64,000 nucleotides of DNA from Candidatus Binatia bacterium (GCA_963666515.2 OY762897.2:1504001-1568000), one strand, 5' to 3'. Shown: positions 1 through 10,595, numbered from the stretch's first letter. The notes: generated from the sequence alone by a model not told the origin. Numbers and translations: made by a program.

Positions 1-536
1 AACATTTACCTCCGAGCTACAACGATCATTGAACTCGCCAGCGGCGAAGACCATGGGTACCTACAACAGCGATGACGCTGCCCTGATGGTTTCGCATTTG
101 CCAAGCTCTCGTGTCACGAAGTCGAGGTGACTGCCGACAAGCCCGTCCACGCGTCCATTGCCCGTCCAGATATCGCCCCCACCTCCTCCGCAGGCAGTGA
201 GGGGACAACACCTATTGCAGTGAGCGCGACGAAAGTAGCGAAGTCCAAGTTGAATGCTTCACTTCTATCCTTTAACGCTTCCGGTTCTCGTGCGGTTTGG
301 AGCTTCTACCGAGGGGCGGCGTCAGCCCCGCTTTGACCGTCTCCGGTCCCTTATAGGTGGCTACTATGCCAAATTTGCAAGGCAATGCAAAGTTTATAAG
401 ACAGTGAAGAGAAGACGACCTGAAAGACTTCCGGGATGCTCTATGATGGAGGTCCCGGATGCCATCGCGGACGTTCTGAACCGCTGACTGTCGGCGTCCA
501 CCTACCCTTCCGCAGCCAAACGCGAAGATTGAACTG

Positions 537-2153
537 CTACCAACCTAGGGCGTAGCCGTCGCGGCGCGGGTCGGCGGCGGCCATGAGGGTGCCGTTCCGG
601 GGGTCACGGGCGATGAGCGCGGCGCCGCCGAAGGACCACGGCTCCACTACGGTCACCGGATGGCCCCTGGCCGCCAGCCCTTCCACCACGTCGTCCGGGA
701 ATCCCGCCTCCAACCGCAACATCTGGGGATAGCCGACGTTGGGCGGGGTGCCGGGCACGTGGCTCCAGCGAGGAGCTTCGAGCGCGCACTGCGGGTCCAT
801 CTTGAGGTCCAGCAGGTTGTGCAGGACCTGCACGTTGGTCTGGGGCTGGTCGTCGGCGCCCGGGGTGCCGCCCACCGCCAGGAACTCGCCGTTGTGGAAC
901 ACCATGTAGGAGTTGAGGGTGTGCGCGGGCCGCTTGCCCGGCTGTAGCGCGTTGGCGCTGCCGGGATCCAGCCTGGCGCTGCACAGGCGATTGTTCATGA
1001 CGAGACCGGTGTCCCCCGCCACGACGCGCGAGCCGAATACGGAAAAGACGCTCTCGATGAGCGAGACGGCGTTGCCGTCCCCGTCGGCCACGCACAGGTA
1101 GGTGGTGTCGGCGCCGGCGGCGGCGTAGGACGAAGACACCGGCCCCGCGGCATCGGCGATGTCCGCGCGGCGCGCGTCCGCGTACTCCCGGCTGACGAGG
1201 CGTTGGACTTCCGGGTCGCCGAAGCGGGGGTCGTCCAGGTGCCGGATGCGGTCCTCGAAGGCGATCTTCTTGGCCTCCACCATCACATGCGCCAGTTCGG
1301 TGCGGCTGAGCGACTTGCAGTCGTAGCCCTCCAGCAGGTTCATCATGGTCAGGACGACGAAGCCCTGGGACACCGGCGGCTGCTCCAGGATCCGGTAGCC
1401 CCGGTAGTCCGTGCTGAGGGGCTCCATCCACTCGGCGCATCCTCCCTCCAGGTCCCGCTCCTCGAAGAGTCCGCCCTGGGCGCGGATGCCGGCGCACAGG
1501 CGCGCGGCCACGTCGCCGCGGTAGAAGCCGTCCCGACCGTCGCGGACGATGGCTTCCAGCACCTGCGCCAGTTCCGGCTGGCGCAGCATCCTGCCCGGCG
1601 TCAGGTCCTCCAGCGGCTCGCGGAAGTACCGGTGGATGTCGGGCGACGAGGGCGCCCACTCCCGGATGGACTGCGCCAGAGACAGGTACAGCGGGAAACC
1701 GTCCCGAGCCAGGGTGATGGCGTCGGCGCAAAGGTCGGCCAGATCGGCCGTGCCGTAGCGGCGGTGGAGTTCAAGCCATCCGTCGACCGCTCCGGGAACC
1801 GCGATGCTTAAGGGCCCCGATGTGGGTATTGCATCCAGCCCGCGGCTCCTGAAGGCCTCGATGGTGGCGTTGCCGGGGGCGGGTCCGCTGGAGTTGAGCG
1901 CCCTCACCTTCCCCTCGTCCTTCATGTAGACCAGCGAGAACATGTCGCCGCCGAGGCCGCAGGCCTCGTGCTTGACCACGGCCAGGACGAACCCCGCGGC
2001 CACCGCCGCGTCCACGGCATTGCCGCCCTGCTGCATGATCTTGAGGCCGGCCAGGGACGCCAGCGGATGGCCGGCAGCGATGACTCCCCTGGCGCCCATG
2101 ACGAGCGTGCGTGCGGCCTTGCCGTAACGGATTTCGTGTAGAGGTTGAGACAT
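537..2153 (-). CDS. ggt: Gamma-glutamyltransferase family protein
   Basis: GGNAVDAAVA, GLGGD, N-terminal nucleophile motif DTTYLCVAD, PGKRPAHT, GTPGAD, C-terminal DPRRDG. Confidence 0.9.
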   Translation of the reverse strand: MSQPLHEIRYGKAARTLVMGARGVIAAGHPLASLAGLKIMQQGGNAVDAAVAAGFVLAVVKHEACGLGGDMFSLVYMKDEGKVRALNSSGPAPGNATIEAFRSRGLDAIPTSGPLSIAVPGAVDGWLELHRRYGTADLADLCADAITLARDGFPLYLSLAQSIREWAPSSPDIHRYFREPLEDLTPGRMLRQPELAQVLEAIVRDGRDGFYRGDVAARLCAGIRAQGGLFEERDLEGGCAEWMEPLSTDYRGYRILEQPPVSQGFVVLTMMNLLEGYDCKSLSRTELAHVMVEAKKIAFEDRIRHLDDPRFGDPEVQRLVSREYADARRADIADAAGPVSSSYAAAGADTTYLCVADGDGNAVSLIESVFSVFGSRVVAGDTGLVMNNRLCSARLDPGSANALQPGKRPAHTLNSYMVFHNGEFLAVGGTPGADDQPQTNVQVLHNLLDLKMDPQCALEAPRWSHVPGTPPNVGYPQMLRLEAGFPDDVVEGLAARGHPVTVVEPWSFGGAALIARDPRNGTLMAAADPRRDGYALGW

Positions 2154-2175
2154 GATGACGGGTCTCCCGGGATAT

Positions 2176-3201
2176 TTAGCGCTCCTCGATGTGCAGGATC
2201 CGGGCGGCGTTGCCTCCGAGTATCCGCTCCCTGGCCTCCGGCGCGAGCCCGAGGTCGTCGACGGCCTTGAGGCTGTTCTGGATGAAGCGGCAGCCGTCTT
2301 CCGGCCCGTAGGGGTAGTTGGTGCCGAAGACCATCTGCTCCGGGCCGAAGAAGTCCATGACGCACTTGAGCGTGTTGGCCGGGTGGTCCGCGGTGTCCAC
2401 GAAGAATCTCCGGAACGAGTCCAGCGGGTTTTCCTGGAGGCCGTAGCGCTCGCGCATCTCGTCGGTGCGGCCGGTGTAGATGTTGATGGCGCGCTGTCCG
2501 AAGAAGGCCAGCACGCCGCCCACGTCCGCCACCACGAAAGGCAGCGCCGGAAACCGTTCGATCACGCGGCCGTACACCAGCCGGGTCATGGCGACGGTGC
2601 TGTCGAAGGCCCAGCCGTAGATCAGGATCGGCATGATGTCGAGCCCCACGGCCTCGGTGGCCAGCGGCGCGGTGGGGTGGAGGTACACCGGCAACTCGTA
2701 CTCCGCCAGCTTCTCGTAGATGGGGAAGAAGACCTCGTCGTCCAGCGGGCGGCCGTTGAGGTTGGTGAAGCAGCCGAACCCGCGAAGGCCCAATTCCTTG
2801 ACCGCCCGCTCCAGTTCCTCCAGCGACGCCTCGATGGAGGCCGTGGGCAGGGTCGCCAGCCCGACGAAGCGGTCCGGGTGCCGGTTGCACATCTCGGCCA
2901 GCTCGTCGTTGGCCACCCGGGCCATGGCCACGGCGTCGTCGGGGTCGTAGCGGTCGGCGCCCGGCGCCGGGATGCTCACCACCTGCACGTCCACGCCCTG
3001 CCGGTCCATGTGCTCCAGCCGCTGTTCGACGTCACGGCCCTTGAAGATCGCGGTGTTGATGCGGCAACCGAGGGCCTTGTCGTAGAGGTAGGCCATGCCG
3101 CTGTAGGGATCCGGCTCCTCCAGGATCACGGCGCCGTCCCGCCGGCCCATGGTCTCCATGTAACGCTCGGGGAAGATATGGCTCTGAAAGTCGATGATCA
3201 T
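2176..3201 (-). CDS. Amidohydrolase_2 family protein (ACMSD/decarboxylase-like)
   Basis: IIDFQSH start, ANDELA, PVYLHP, VFGTNYPY, ILGGNAARIL. Confidence 0.85.
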   Translation of the reverse strand: MIIDFQSHIFPERYMETMGRRDGAVILEEPDPYSGMAYLYDKALGCRINTAIFKGRDVEQRLEHMDRQGVDVQVVSIPAPGADRYDPDDAVAMARVANDELAEMCNRHPDRFVGLATLPTASIEASLEELERAVKELGLRGFGCFTNLNGRPLDDEVFFPIYEKLAEYELPVYLHPTAPLATEAVGLDIMPILIYGWAFDSTVAMTRLVYGRVIERFPALPFVVADVGGVLAFFGQRAINIYTGRTDEMRERYGLQENPLDSFRRFFVDTADHPANTLKCVMDFFGPEQMVFGTNYPYGPEDGCRFIQNSLKAVDDLGLAPEARERILGGNAARILHIEER

Positions 3202-3237
3202 GGCTTCTGTCCCGGAATGCTGAAGCGGCGGTCGCGG

Positions 3238-3453
3238 TCAGAGCCCGCGCACGACGCGCGGAAACCCCTGCGGCGGCTCCGGCTCGGCCTTCACGGTCCG
3301 GGAGCCCACCGAGCTGCCGCAACGCTGGCAACTGTAGTCGTAGAGGTCGCCGTCGGGGAGGACCAGCAGCAGCCGCTCGCGCACCGGCATGGCTTGGCCG
3401 CACTTGTTGCAGTAGAGCAACGACGCCGACAACTGTTCGAAGCTCTTCTCCAT
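3238..3453 (-). CDS. Small zinc-ribbon protein
   Basis: 71 aa with CNKC...CQRC; co-oriented between the fusA paralog and the amidohydrolase. Confidence 0.7.
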   Translation of the reverse strand: MEKSFEQLSASLLYCNKCGQAMPVRERLLLVLPDGDLYDYSCQRCGSSVGSRTVKAEPEPPQGFPRVVRGL

Positions 3454-3496
3454 GGTATCCAGCGGGCTGCCCGCATCGGGCGCCCTAACCCCGCGG

Positions 3497-5578
3497 CTAG
3501 TCTCCGGCGGCCTCGGCCTTGGCCTCGGCCTGCACCTTCTCCATCAGGTGCGGCGGCAGCTCCTCGTAGTGGGAGAACTCGGACTGGAACTCCCCCCTGC
3601 CGCTGGTCATGGAGCGCAGGTCCGAGGCGTACCGGAGCACCTCCGACATGGGCACCTGGGCCTTGATGATCTGGCTGTGGCCCTTGGCGTCCACCCCCAG
3701 GACCTTGCCTCTCCGGCTGTTGAGGTCGCCGATGACGTCCCCCATGCAATCGTCGGGCACCGACACCTCCATGGACATGACCGGTTCCAGGATCACCGGC
3801 TTGGCGCTCTCCATGGCGTTCTTGAAGCCCATGGAGGCGGCGATCTTGAAGGCCATGTCCGAGGAGTCCACCGAGTGGAACGATCCGTCGTAGAGGGTCG
3901 CGCGCACGTCCATGATGGGGTAGCCGGCCAGGTAGCCGCCGGACATGGTCTCGACGATGCCCTTCTCCACCGCGGGGATGTAGTTGCGCGGGATGGCGCC
4001 GCCGACGATCTTGTCCACGAACTCGAAGCCCTTGCCCCGCGGCAGGGGCTCCAGCTTGAGCCAGGTGTCGCCGAACTGGCCCCGGCCGCCGGACTGTTTC
4101 TTGTACTTGCCCTGGGCGCTGGCCGCGGCCTTGATGGTCTCCCGGTAGGGGACCTTGGGTGCCTTCAACTCCACCTCCGCGCCGTACTTCCGCTTGAGCT
4201 TGTCCACCACCACCTCGATGTGGAGCTGGCCGGTGCCCGAAAGGATGAACTCCCGGGTCTGCTCGTCGCGGTGCATGCGGATGGACGGGTCCTCCTCCAT
4301 CATCCGCTGGAGCCCCTGGGGGACCTTGTCCTCGTCGGCCCGGGTCTTGGGGGAGAGCGCGAAGGAGATGGACGGGCTGAACTCCACCGGTTTGGGGTAC
4401 TCGATGGGGGCCGACTCCTCGCACAGCGTGTCGCCGGAAGCCACGTCCTTGAGCTTGGCCGCGGCGACGATCTCGCCCACGCCCGCGGCGGTCACCTCTT
4501 CCTGCTTGGCGCCCTCCGGCCGGAACAGGTGGGTGATCCGCTCCTTGGCGTCCTTGCCGGGGTTGTAGACCGTGCTGTCGGCGCGCACCGTGCCCGACAA
4601 CACCCTCATGATGGACAGCCGGCCGGCGAACGGATCGACGATGGTCTTGAACACGAACGCGGAAAGCGGAGCGTCCGCGGCCTTGGCGCGGGATTCGGCC
4701 TCCCCCGATACCGGGTTCTTCCCCTCAGCCGCCGGCTCGTCCAGCGGCGAGGGCAGCCACTCCACCACGGCGTCCAGCAGCGCGGCGACGCCCGCCCCGC
4801 GGACGGCCGACCCGTAGAGGACGGGAAACAGCGTCCCCGCGCGCACGCCCTCGCGGAGGCCTTCCGACACCTCCTCGGAGGTGAGTTCCTGGCCCTCCAG
4901 GTACTTCTCCAGCAACTCGTCCTGGGTCTCGGCCACGTTCTCCATGAGGTTGATTCTCATCTCCTCGGCCCGTTCCTGGAACTCCGCGGGCACCTCTTCC
5001 TCGGTCTCCTTGCCGTTGCCGTCCACGCACACGGCCTTCATGCGGACCAGGTCGATGACGCCGCGGAAACTCTCGCCGTGGCCCATGGGAAGCTGAACGT
5101 GGATGCCCTTGACCCCCAGCCCTTCCGCGATGGCGTCCACCGCCGCCACCGGATCGTCTTCTTCCCGGTCCATCCGGTTGACGAAAAGAACGCGCGGCAT
5201 CCCGTGCTCCGCGGCGTAGCCCCAGAGCCGCTCCGTCTCCACCCGCAGACCGGCGCCGGCGTGGAGCACGAAGACCGCCCCGCCAAAACCGGCCAGCGAA
5301 TGGACCGTCTCCGGCAGGAAGGTTGCGAAACCCGGCGTGTCCACCACCACGCACGTGTTCTTCTTCCATTCGAGAGAGTGAAAGGCCGTAGAAATGGAAA
5401 CTTGCCGGTTGATCTCCTCGGGCTCGTGGTCGAACGCCGACGTCCCGTCTTCCACCCGGCCCAGCCGGTTGGTGCGGCCCGCGGCGAACAACATCGCTTC
5501 GCCCAACGACGTCTTTCCCGCCCCCCGATGCCCCAGCAATCCGACGTTCCGCAACTGGGCAGCCTCAATCGCAGCCAT
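3497..5578 (-). CDS. fusA: Elongation factor G-like protein (EF-G2 type paralog)
   Basis: GHRGAGKT, DTPG, KKQSGGRGQFG, GSFHSVDSS, LRSMTSGRG; lacks canonical RGITI and DTPGH. Confidence 0.9.
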   Translation of the reverse strand: MAAIEAAQLRNVGLLGHRGAGKTSLGEAMLFAAGRTNRLGRVEDGTSAFDHEPEEINRQVSISTAFHSLEWKKNTCVVVDTPGFATFLPETVHSLAGFGGAVFVLHAGAGLRVETERLWGYAAEHGMPRVLFVNRMDREEDDPVAAVDAIAEGLGVKGIHVQLPMGHGESFRGVIDLVRMKAVCVDGNGKETEEEVPAEFQERAEEMRINLMENVAETQDELLEKYLEGQELTSEEVSEGLREGVRAGTLFPVLYGSAVRGAGVAALLDAVVEWLPSPLDEPAAEGKNPVSGEAESRAKAADAPLSAFVFKTIVDPFAGRLSIMRVLSGTVRADSTVYNPGKDAKERITHLFRPEGAKQEEVTAAGVGEIVAAAKLKDVASGDTLCEESAPIEYPKPVEFSPSISFALSPKTRADEDKVPQGLQRMMEEDPSIRMHRDEQTREFILSGTGQLHIEVVVDKLKRKYGAEVELKAPKVPYRETIKAAASAQGKYKKQSGGRGQFGDTWLKLEPLPRGKGFEFVDKIVGGAIPRNYIPAVEKGIVETMSGGYLAGYPIMDVRATLYDGSFHSVDSSDMAFKIAASMGFKNAMESAKPVILEPVMSMEVSVPDDCMGDVIGDLNSRRGKVLGVDAKGHSQIIKAQVPMSEVLRYASDLRSMTSGRGEFQSEFSHYEELPPHLMEKVQAEAKAEAAGD

Positions 5579-5627
5579 GTATTCGACCTCCCCTTGAACA
5601 GACTTCCGAACGGCTCCATCCCGTGCG

Positions 5628-6422
5628 TCATGGAGACCTTCGCTTGCGCGCCGGCGGAGCCGCGTTCTTCTCGTAAATAAGCCGTAACCCTTCCAACGTC
5701 AAGAATTCGTCCACGTCCTCAATGACCGCGGATTCGTGGGCGATGAGCGAGGCCACGCCCCCGGTGGCCACCACCCTCGCCTTGATGCGGTTCTCCCGCT
5801 CGATGCGGTGGACGATGCCGTCCACGAGGCCGACGTAGCCGTGGTAGATGCCCGACTGGATCGAGTGGACGGTGGACTTGCCGATGACGCCCGAAGGACA
5901 CACGACCTCCACCCGCGGAAGCTTCGAAGCGCGCTGGAACAGCGCCTCCACGGCGATCATCAGGCCCGGCGCGATCAGCCCTCCCAGGTACTCGCCCTTC
6001 TCGGACACGCAGTCGAAAGTGGTGGCGGTGCCGAAGTCGATGACCACGCAGGCGGCGTGGAACCGGTCGTAGGCGGCGACGCCGTTGGCGATCCGGTCCG
6101 CGCCCACGTCTTGCGGGCTGTCGTAGAGGATCGGCATGCCGGTCTTGAGTCCCGGCCCCACCAGCAACGGCTTGACGCCGAAGAACTTCCGCCCCAACTC
6201 GTCGATCATGCCCACCATGGGCGGAACGACACAGGAAACGATGATGGCGTCGATGGCGTCGCTGCCGATGTCCTGGGCCGCGGCGAGGTGGCCGATGAGC
6301 GCGCCGTATTCATCCACGGTGCGCTCCGGCTGGGTCACCAGGCGCCAGTGGGTCACCAGCTCCCGGCCCTGGTAGACGCCCAGCACCATGTTGCTGTTTC
6401 CGATGTCGATGGCCAGCAGCAT
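5628..6422 (-). CDS. coaX: Type III pantothenate kinase
   Basis: LAIDIGNS, VGADR, IDFGTATT, VATGG. Confidence 0.95.
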   Translation of the reverse strand: MLLAIDIGNSNMVLGVYQGRELVTHWRLVTQPERTVDEYGALIGHLAAAQDIGSDAIDAIIVSCVVPPMVGMIDELGRKFFGVKPLLVGPGLKTGMPILYDSPQDVGADRIANGVAAYDRFHAACVVIDFGTATTFDCVSEKGEYLGGLIAPGLMIAVEALFQRASKLPRVEVVCPSGVIGKSTVHSIQSGIYHGYVGLVDGIVHRIERENRIKARVVATGGVASLIAHESAVIEDVDEFLTLEGLRLIYEKNAAPPARKRRSP

Positions 6423-7271
6423 CTAGCGTCCTGTCCCGCTCACTACACCATGAATCTGCGGATCCACTTCGCCGTCTTCCAGCAGGAAGACGTCTCCGCT
6501 CACCACCCGCTCGGTGCGGCCATCACCGCACTCCAGCACCAGGAAGCCGTCGCCGTCCATCTCTCGGACACGCCCCACCAGTTCCCCTTCCGCAGTCTGG
6601 GCACGGACCCACCGCCCCTCCATTTGCGCGTAAGCGTTCCAGCTCCGGGCGATGGCGTCGAACCCACGCTCCTCCAACTCGATATAGCGGTTCTCCAGGT
6701 TCTGCACCAGAGAACGGGTGACCCGGATCCGATCCACCGGCGTCCCGGCTTCCTCCATCACCGAAGTGGCGCGGTCGCGGATGTCGGGCGGCATGAGCGC
6801 GCGCGGGAAATTGAGGTTGACGCCGATTCCGACGATCACGAACAGGGTCCGGCCGGGCTCGGAGGCCAGCTCGCTGAGGATGCCGGCCGCCTTTCGGCCG
6901 CGCAGCAGCACGTCGTTGGGCCACTTGATCCGGGGCGTGCAGGGAACGCGGTCCTTGAGCGTGTCCGCCACCGCCACCGCGGCCATCAGCGTGATCTTCG
7001 CCGAGTCCGCCGGATTCAGCCGCGGACGCAGGAGGAACGAAATGTACAGGTTGAGGTTGGCGGGGGAAACCCACTGCCGTCCCATCCTTCCCTGCCCCCG
7101 GGTCTGGGCTTCGGCGATGACGATGGCCCCTTCCGGCTCACCCGCTTCCGCCAGCGCGTGGGCCGTCCGGTTGGTGGAATCGAGCTCCGGGTACACCTCG
7201 ATGCGGCGGCCCAGCCGCCTGGTTCCGAGGCCGTGAAGGATTTCACCGGCGGTCAGCCCTTCGCCGGTCAC
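6423..7271 (-). CDS. birA: Biotin--[acetyl-CoA-carboxylase] ligase
   Basis: DSTN, QTRGQGRMGRQW, IKWPND, GIGVN. Confidence 0.95.
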   Translation of the reverse strand: MTGEGLTAGEILHGLGTRRLGRRIEVYPELDSTNRTAHALAEAGEPEGAIVIAEAQTRGQGRMGRQWVSPANLNLYISFLLRPRLNPADSAKITLMAAVAVADTLKDRVPCTPRIKWPNDVLLRGRKAAGILSELASEPGRTLFVIVGIGVNLNFPRALMPPDIRDRATSVMEEAGTPVDRIRVTRSLVQNLENRYIELEERGFDAIARSWNAYAQMEGRWVRAQTAEGELVGRVREMDGDGFLVLECGDGRTERVVSGDVFLLEDGEVDPQIHGVVSGTGR

Positions 7272-10021
7272 TGGGCCTGCAGCTCCCGGATCCGCTCCAG
7301 GCTCCGGTTCAGCGCGTCGATCTTCTCTTCCATCTCCTGCGCCTTCTCCCGTTCCCGCTCCACCACCTCGGGCCGCGCCTTGGCCGTGAAGTTCTCGTTG
7401 GCGAGCTTCTTCCGCACCCGCCCCATCTCGGTCTCCAGCTTGTCCAGGGCACGGTGGAGCCGGCCGCTCTCCTCCTCCAGGTCCACGGCGCCGTCCAACG
7501 GCACGTACACCTCGGTGGTATCAACGATGGCCGTGGCCACCTTCTGCGGGCGGCCCCCCCCGGAGAGGTACTCCAGGGGCTCCGTGCGCGCCAGCGCGCA
7601 CACCAGGCCCTCGTAGGCGCGGACCAGGGACAGCCGCTCCTCGGTATCGAACAGCACCACCCTCACTTTCCTGGAGGGTGGAACGTTCATCTCGGTGCGC
7701 AGGTTCCGCACCGCCCGGATGATCCCGCTCAGGAACTCAACCTTTTCCTCCGCATCCCGGTCGGCGGGGAAATCATCGGACGCCGGGTAATGCTGGACCA
7801 TGATGTCGTCCCGCCGGGGCGATGCCGCGTCCCGCGCCGTCACCGCCCCCCACAACTCCTCGGTGACGAACGGCATCAACGGATGCAGCAGCAGGAGGAT
7901 GTTCCGAAGGACCGTGTGCAGCGTCCTCTGGGCGGCGCGGGAGCCGGCGCCGCCATTCAGCCGCAGCTTGCTCATCTCGATGTACCAGTCGCAGAACTCG
8001 TGCCAGGTGAACTGGTAGAGATGGTGGGCGAAGTCGTTGAAACGGTACGCGGCAATGGCTTCCCGCGCCCGTTCGATGGTGGCCTTCAGGCGGGACAGTA
8101 TCCAGCGATCGGCCAGGTCCGGGTCCTCCCCCGCCGGCTCTTCGCCTGGCCGGCGGCGCTCCCGCAACACCTCGTCGTCGAGGTTCATCAGGACGAAGCG
8201 GGCGGCGTTCCAGAGCTTGTTGACGAAGTGCTGGTAGCCGGCGATGCGGTCTTCCGCCAGCTTCACGTCCCGCCCCATGGCCGTCATCGCCACCAGCGTG
8301 AACCGGAACGGGTCGGCGCCGTAGCGGTTCACCATGATCAGCGGGTCGATGACGTTGCCCTTGGACTTGGACATCTTCTGTCCTTCCTGGTCCCGCACCA
8401 GGGCGTGGATGTAGACGTCCCGGAACGGCACCCGGTCCATGAACCGGAGCCCCATCATCATCATGCGCGCGACCCAGAAGAACAGGATGTCGAACCCCGT
8501 CACCAGCGCGGAGGTGGGATAGAAGGTGTCGAGGTCGGCGGTCTTGTCGGGCCAGCCGAGGGTCGAGAACGGCCACAGGGCCGAGGAGAACCAGGTGTCC
8601 AGGACGTCGGGGTCCTGCACGAAGCGGCGGCCGCCGCAGGTCTCGCACCGCTCCGGCGCGGTCCTCCCCACCACCGGGACGCAGCCGGAAGCGACCCGGC
8701 CGCCGTCCGGGTCCAGCGACTCGTTGCAACCGGCGCAATACCAGGCCGGGATCTGGTGCCCCCACCAGATCTGCCGCGAGACGCACCAGTCCTTGATGTT
8801 CTCCATCCAGGCGAAGTACGAGTTCTTCCACGTTTCCGGGATGATGCGGGTGCGGCCGTCGCGAACCGCTTCCATGGCCGGGTCCGCCAGCGGCTGGACC
8901 TTCACGAACCACTGGGGGGTGAGATAGGGCTCGATGACCGTCTGGCAGCGGTAGCACTTGCCCACCGCGTGGCGGTAGGGCTGGACCTCGGCCAGCAGGC
9001 CCCCTTCCGTCAGCTCCTCGACGACGCGCTCCCGCGCGGCCAGACGGTCCTGGCCGCGGTAGCGCCCGGCCCAGGCCGGCACCTTCCCGTCGGCGGCGGC
9101 GAAGGCCTCGGCCCGCACCGCGGCGTCGTCGTCAAGGATATTGATGACTTCAAGGCCGTTCCTCAAGCCGATCTCGAAGTCGTTGAAGTCGTGGCCGGGG
9201 GTGATCTTGACCGCGCCGGTGCCGAACTCCGGGTCCACGAAGGCGTCGCCCAGCACCGGGATCTCGCGGCCTGCGATGGGCAGCCGCGCGCGCCGGCCGA
9301 TGCTGCCGGCGTGGCGCCGGTCGTCGGGATGGACCGCCACGCCGGTGTCGCCCAGCATGGTCTCGGGGCGGGTGGTGGCCACCACCAGCTCGCCCCCTTC
9401 CACCAGCGGATAGCGGACGTGCCACAAGTGGCCGTCCACCTCCTCGTGCACCACCTCGATGTCGGCCAGCGCGGTCTTGCAGCGCGGACACCAGTTGATG
9501 AGCCGCTCCGCACGGTAGAGCAGGCCCTCCTCCCAGAGGCGGACGAACGCCTCCCGCACGGCCCGGGAGAGCCCCTCGTCCATGGTGAAGCGCTCGCGGC
9601 TCCAGTCGCAGGAGACCCCCAGGGCGCGCAACTGCCGCAGAATGGTGCCGCCGGTCTCTTCGCGCCAGCTCCACACCTTCTCGATGAAGGCCTGCCGCCC
9701 CAGGTCGGCCCGGTCCAGGCCCTCGGCAGCGAGCTGGCGCTCCACCACGTTCTGGGTGGCGATGCCCGCGTGGTCGGTGCCCGGCACCCACAGGACGTCG
9801 TGGCCGTCCATGCGCCTGAAGCGGCACAGGACGTCCTGGAGCGTGTTGTTCAGGGCGTGACCCATGTGGAGCGACCCGGTGACGTTGGGCGGCGGGATGA
9901 CCATGGAGAACGGCGGCTCGCCGGAACCCGCAGGCGCGAAGTGGGCCGCTTCCTCCCAACGCGCGTACCACGGCCCCTCCACGTCCTGATGACTGTACGA
10001 CTTTGCGATTTCTCGAGGCAT
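7268..10021 (-). CDS. valS: Valine--tRNA ligase
   Basis: PPPNVTGSLHMGH, DVLDTWFSS, KMSKS, C-terminal coiled coil. Confidence 0.98.
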   Translation of the reverse strand: MPREIAKSYSHQDVEGPWYARWEEAAHFAPAGSGEPPFSMVIPPPNVTGSLHMGHALNNTLQDVLCRFRRMDGHDVLWVPGTDHAGIATQNVVERQLAAEGLDRADLGRQAFIEKVWSWREETGGTILRQLRALGVSCDWSRERFTMDEGLSRAVREAFVRLWEEGLLYRAERLINWCPRCKTALADIEVVHEEVDGHLWHVRYPLVEGGELVVATTRPETMLGDTGVAVHPDDRRHAGSIGRRARLPIAGREIPVLGDAFVDPEFGTGAVKITPGHDFNDFEIGLRNGLEVINILDDDAAVRAEAFAAADGKVPAWAGRYRGQDRLAARERVVEELTEGGLLAEVQPYRHAVGKCYRCQTVIEPYLTPQWFVKVQPLADPAMEAVRDGRTRIIPETWKNSYFAWMENIKDWCVSRQIWWGHQIPAWYCAGCNESLDPDGGRVASGCVPVVGRTAPERCETCGGRRFVQDPDVLDTWFSSALWPFSTLGWPDKTADLDTFYPTSALVTGFDILFFWVARMMMMGLRFMDRVPFRDVYIHALVRDQEGQKMSKSKGNVIDPLIMVNRYGADPFRFTLVAMTAMGRDVKLAEDRIAGYQHFVNKLWNAARFVLMNLDDEVLRERRRPGEEPAGEDPDLADRWILSRLKATIERAREAIAAYRFNDFAHHLYQFTWHEFCDWYIEMSKLRLNGGAGSRAAQRTLHTVLRNILLLLHPLMPFVTEELWGAVTARDAASPRRDDIMVQHYPASDDFPADRDAEEKVEFLSGIIRAVRNLRTEMNVPPSRKVRVVLFDTEERLSLVRAYEGLVCALARTEPLEYLSGGGRPQKVATAIVDTTEVYVPLDGAVDLEEESGRLHRALDKLETEMGRVRKKLANENFTAKARPEVVEREREKAQEMEEKIDALNRSLERIRELQAQ

Positions 10022-10028
10022 GGAACTC

Positions 10029-10415
10029 CTATGAATCCGAATCCGGTTCCTCGACGACTTCGGTCAGCTCGATGACCTCCGTCCCCAGCAGGGACTGCAA
10101 CGCGGCCTCCAGGGCGGGGCCGTCCAGCGGCTTGGCCACGGCCGCGGTGAGCCGGGCGGGCCGGAGCGGCGGCGCCGCTCCACGGTGAAGCCAGACGCTG
10201 GGAATCTTGAGCCGCTGAAGCTCCCGGAGCAGCTCGCCCTCGCCGCCGCCCCCTTCCTCGAGGCTCTCGCGGTCCACGATGACGAGATCGTGGCCCTGGA
10301 GGTCCGCGGGCGCGGACCATCGCTCCCGCACCGCGGTCCGATGCTCCGGAAACAGGTATTGCCGCAACGCCTCGCGCAGGATGGGATGGCTCTCGATGAT
10401 CAGGATGCTGGCCAT
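10029..10415 (-). CDS. Degenerate single-domain receiver (REC)-like protein
   Basis: ILIIE...DLVIVD...KPLD pattern; RBS-spaced directly upstream of valS. Confidence 0.55.
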   Translation of the reverse strand: MASILIIESHPILREALRQYLFPEHRTAVRERWSAPADLQGHDLVIVDRESLEEGGGGEGELLRELQRLKIPSVWLHRGAAPPLRPARLTAAVAKPLDGPALEAALQSLLGTEVIELTEVVEEPDSDS

Positions 10416-10461
10416 TGCAATGAAGCCACCATAGTAGCAGACAATATTCCGCGCGACGAGC

Positions 10462-10492
10462 TTGACAATGCCGCGACGCTGCTACATATAAA
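10462..10492 (+). promoter_or_regulatory. Probable sigma70 promoter of tRNA-Leu
   Basis: TTGACA at 10462 followed by AT-rich TACATATAAA; -10 box register uncertain. Confidence 0.45.
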
Positions 10493-10507
10493 GCCTTTCC
10501 CCGTCGT

Positions 10508-10595
10508 GCGAAAGTGGCGGAATTTGGTAGACGCGCAGGATTCAGGATCCTGTGGGAGCAATCCCGTGGGGGTTCAATTCCCCCCTTTCGCACCA
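10508..10595 (+). tRNA. tRNA-Leu (anticodon CAG)
   Basis: Acceptor GCGAAAG/CTTTCGC, anticodon arm CAGGA-TTCAGGA-TCCTG, long variable arm, T arm GGGGG-TTCAATT-CCCCC, encoded CCA. Confidence 0.96.

Noticed and set aside
1-500. Short ORFs in a lower-GC stretch, including a minus-strand LTACGGGGG lipobox-like segment
   Set aside because: No continuous frame with start and RBS could be supported; may be a degraded gene extending outside the window
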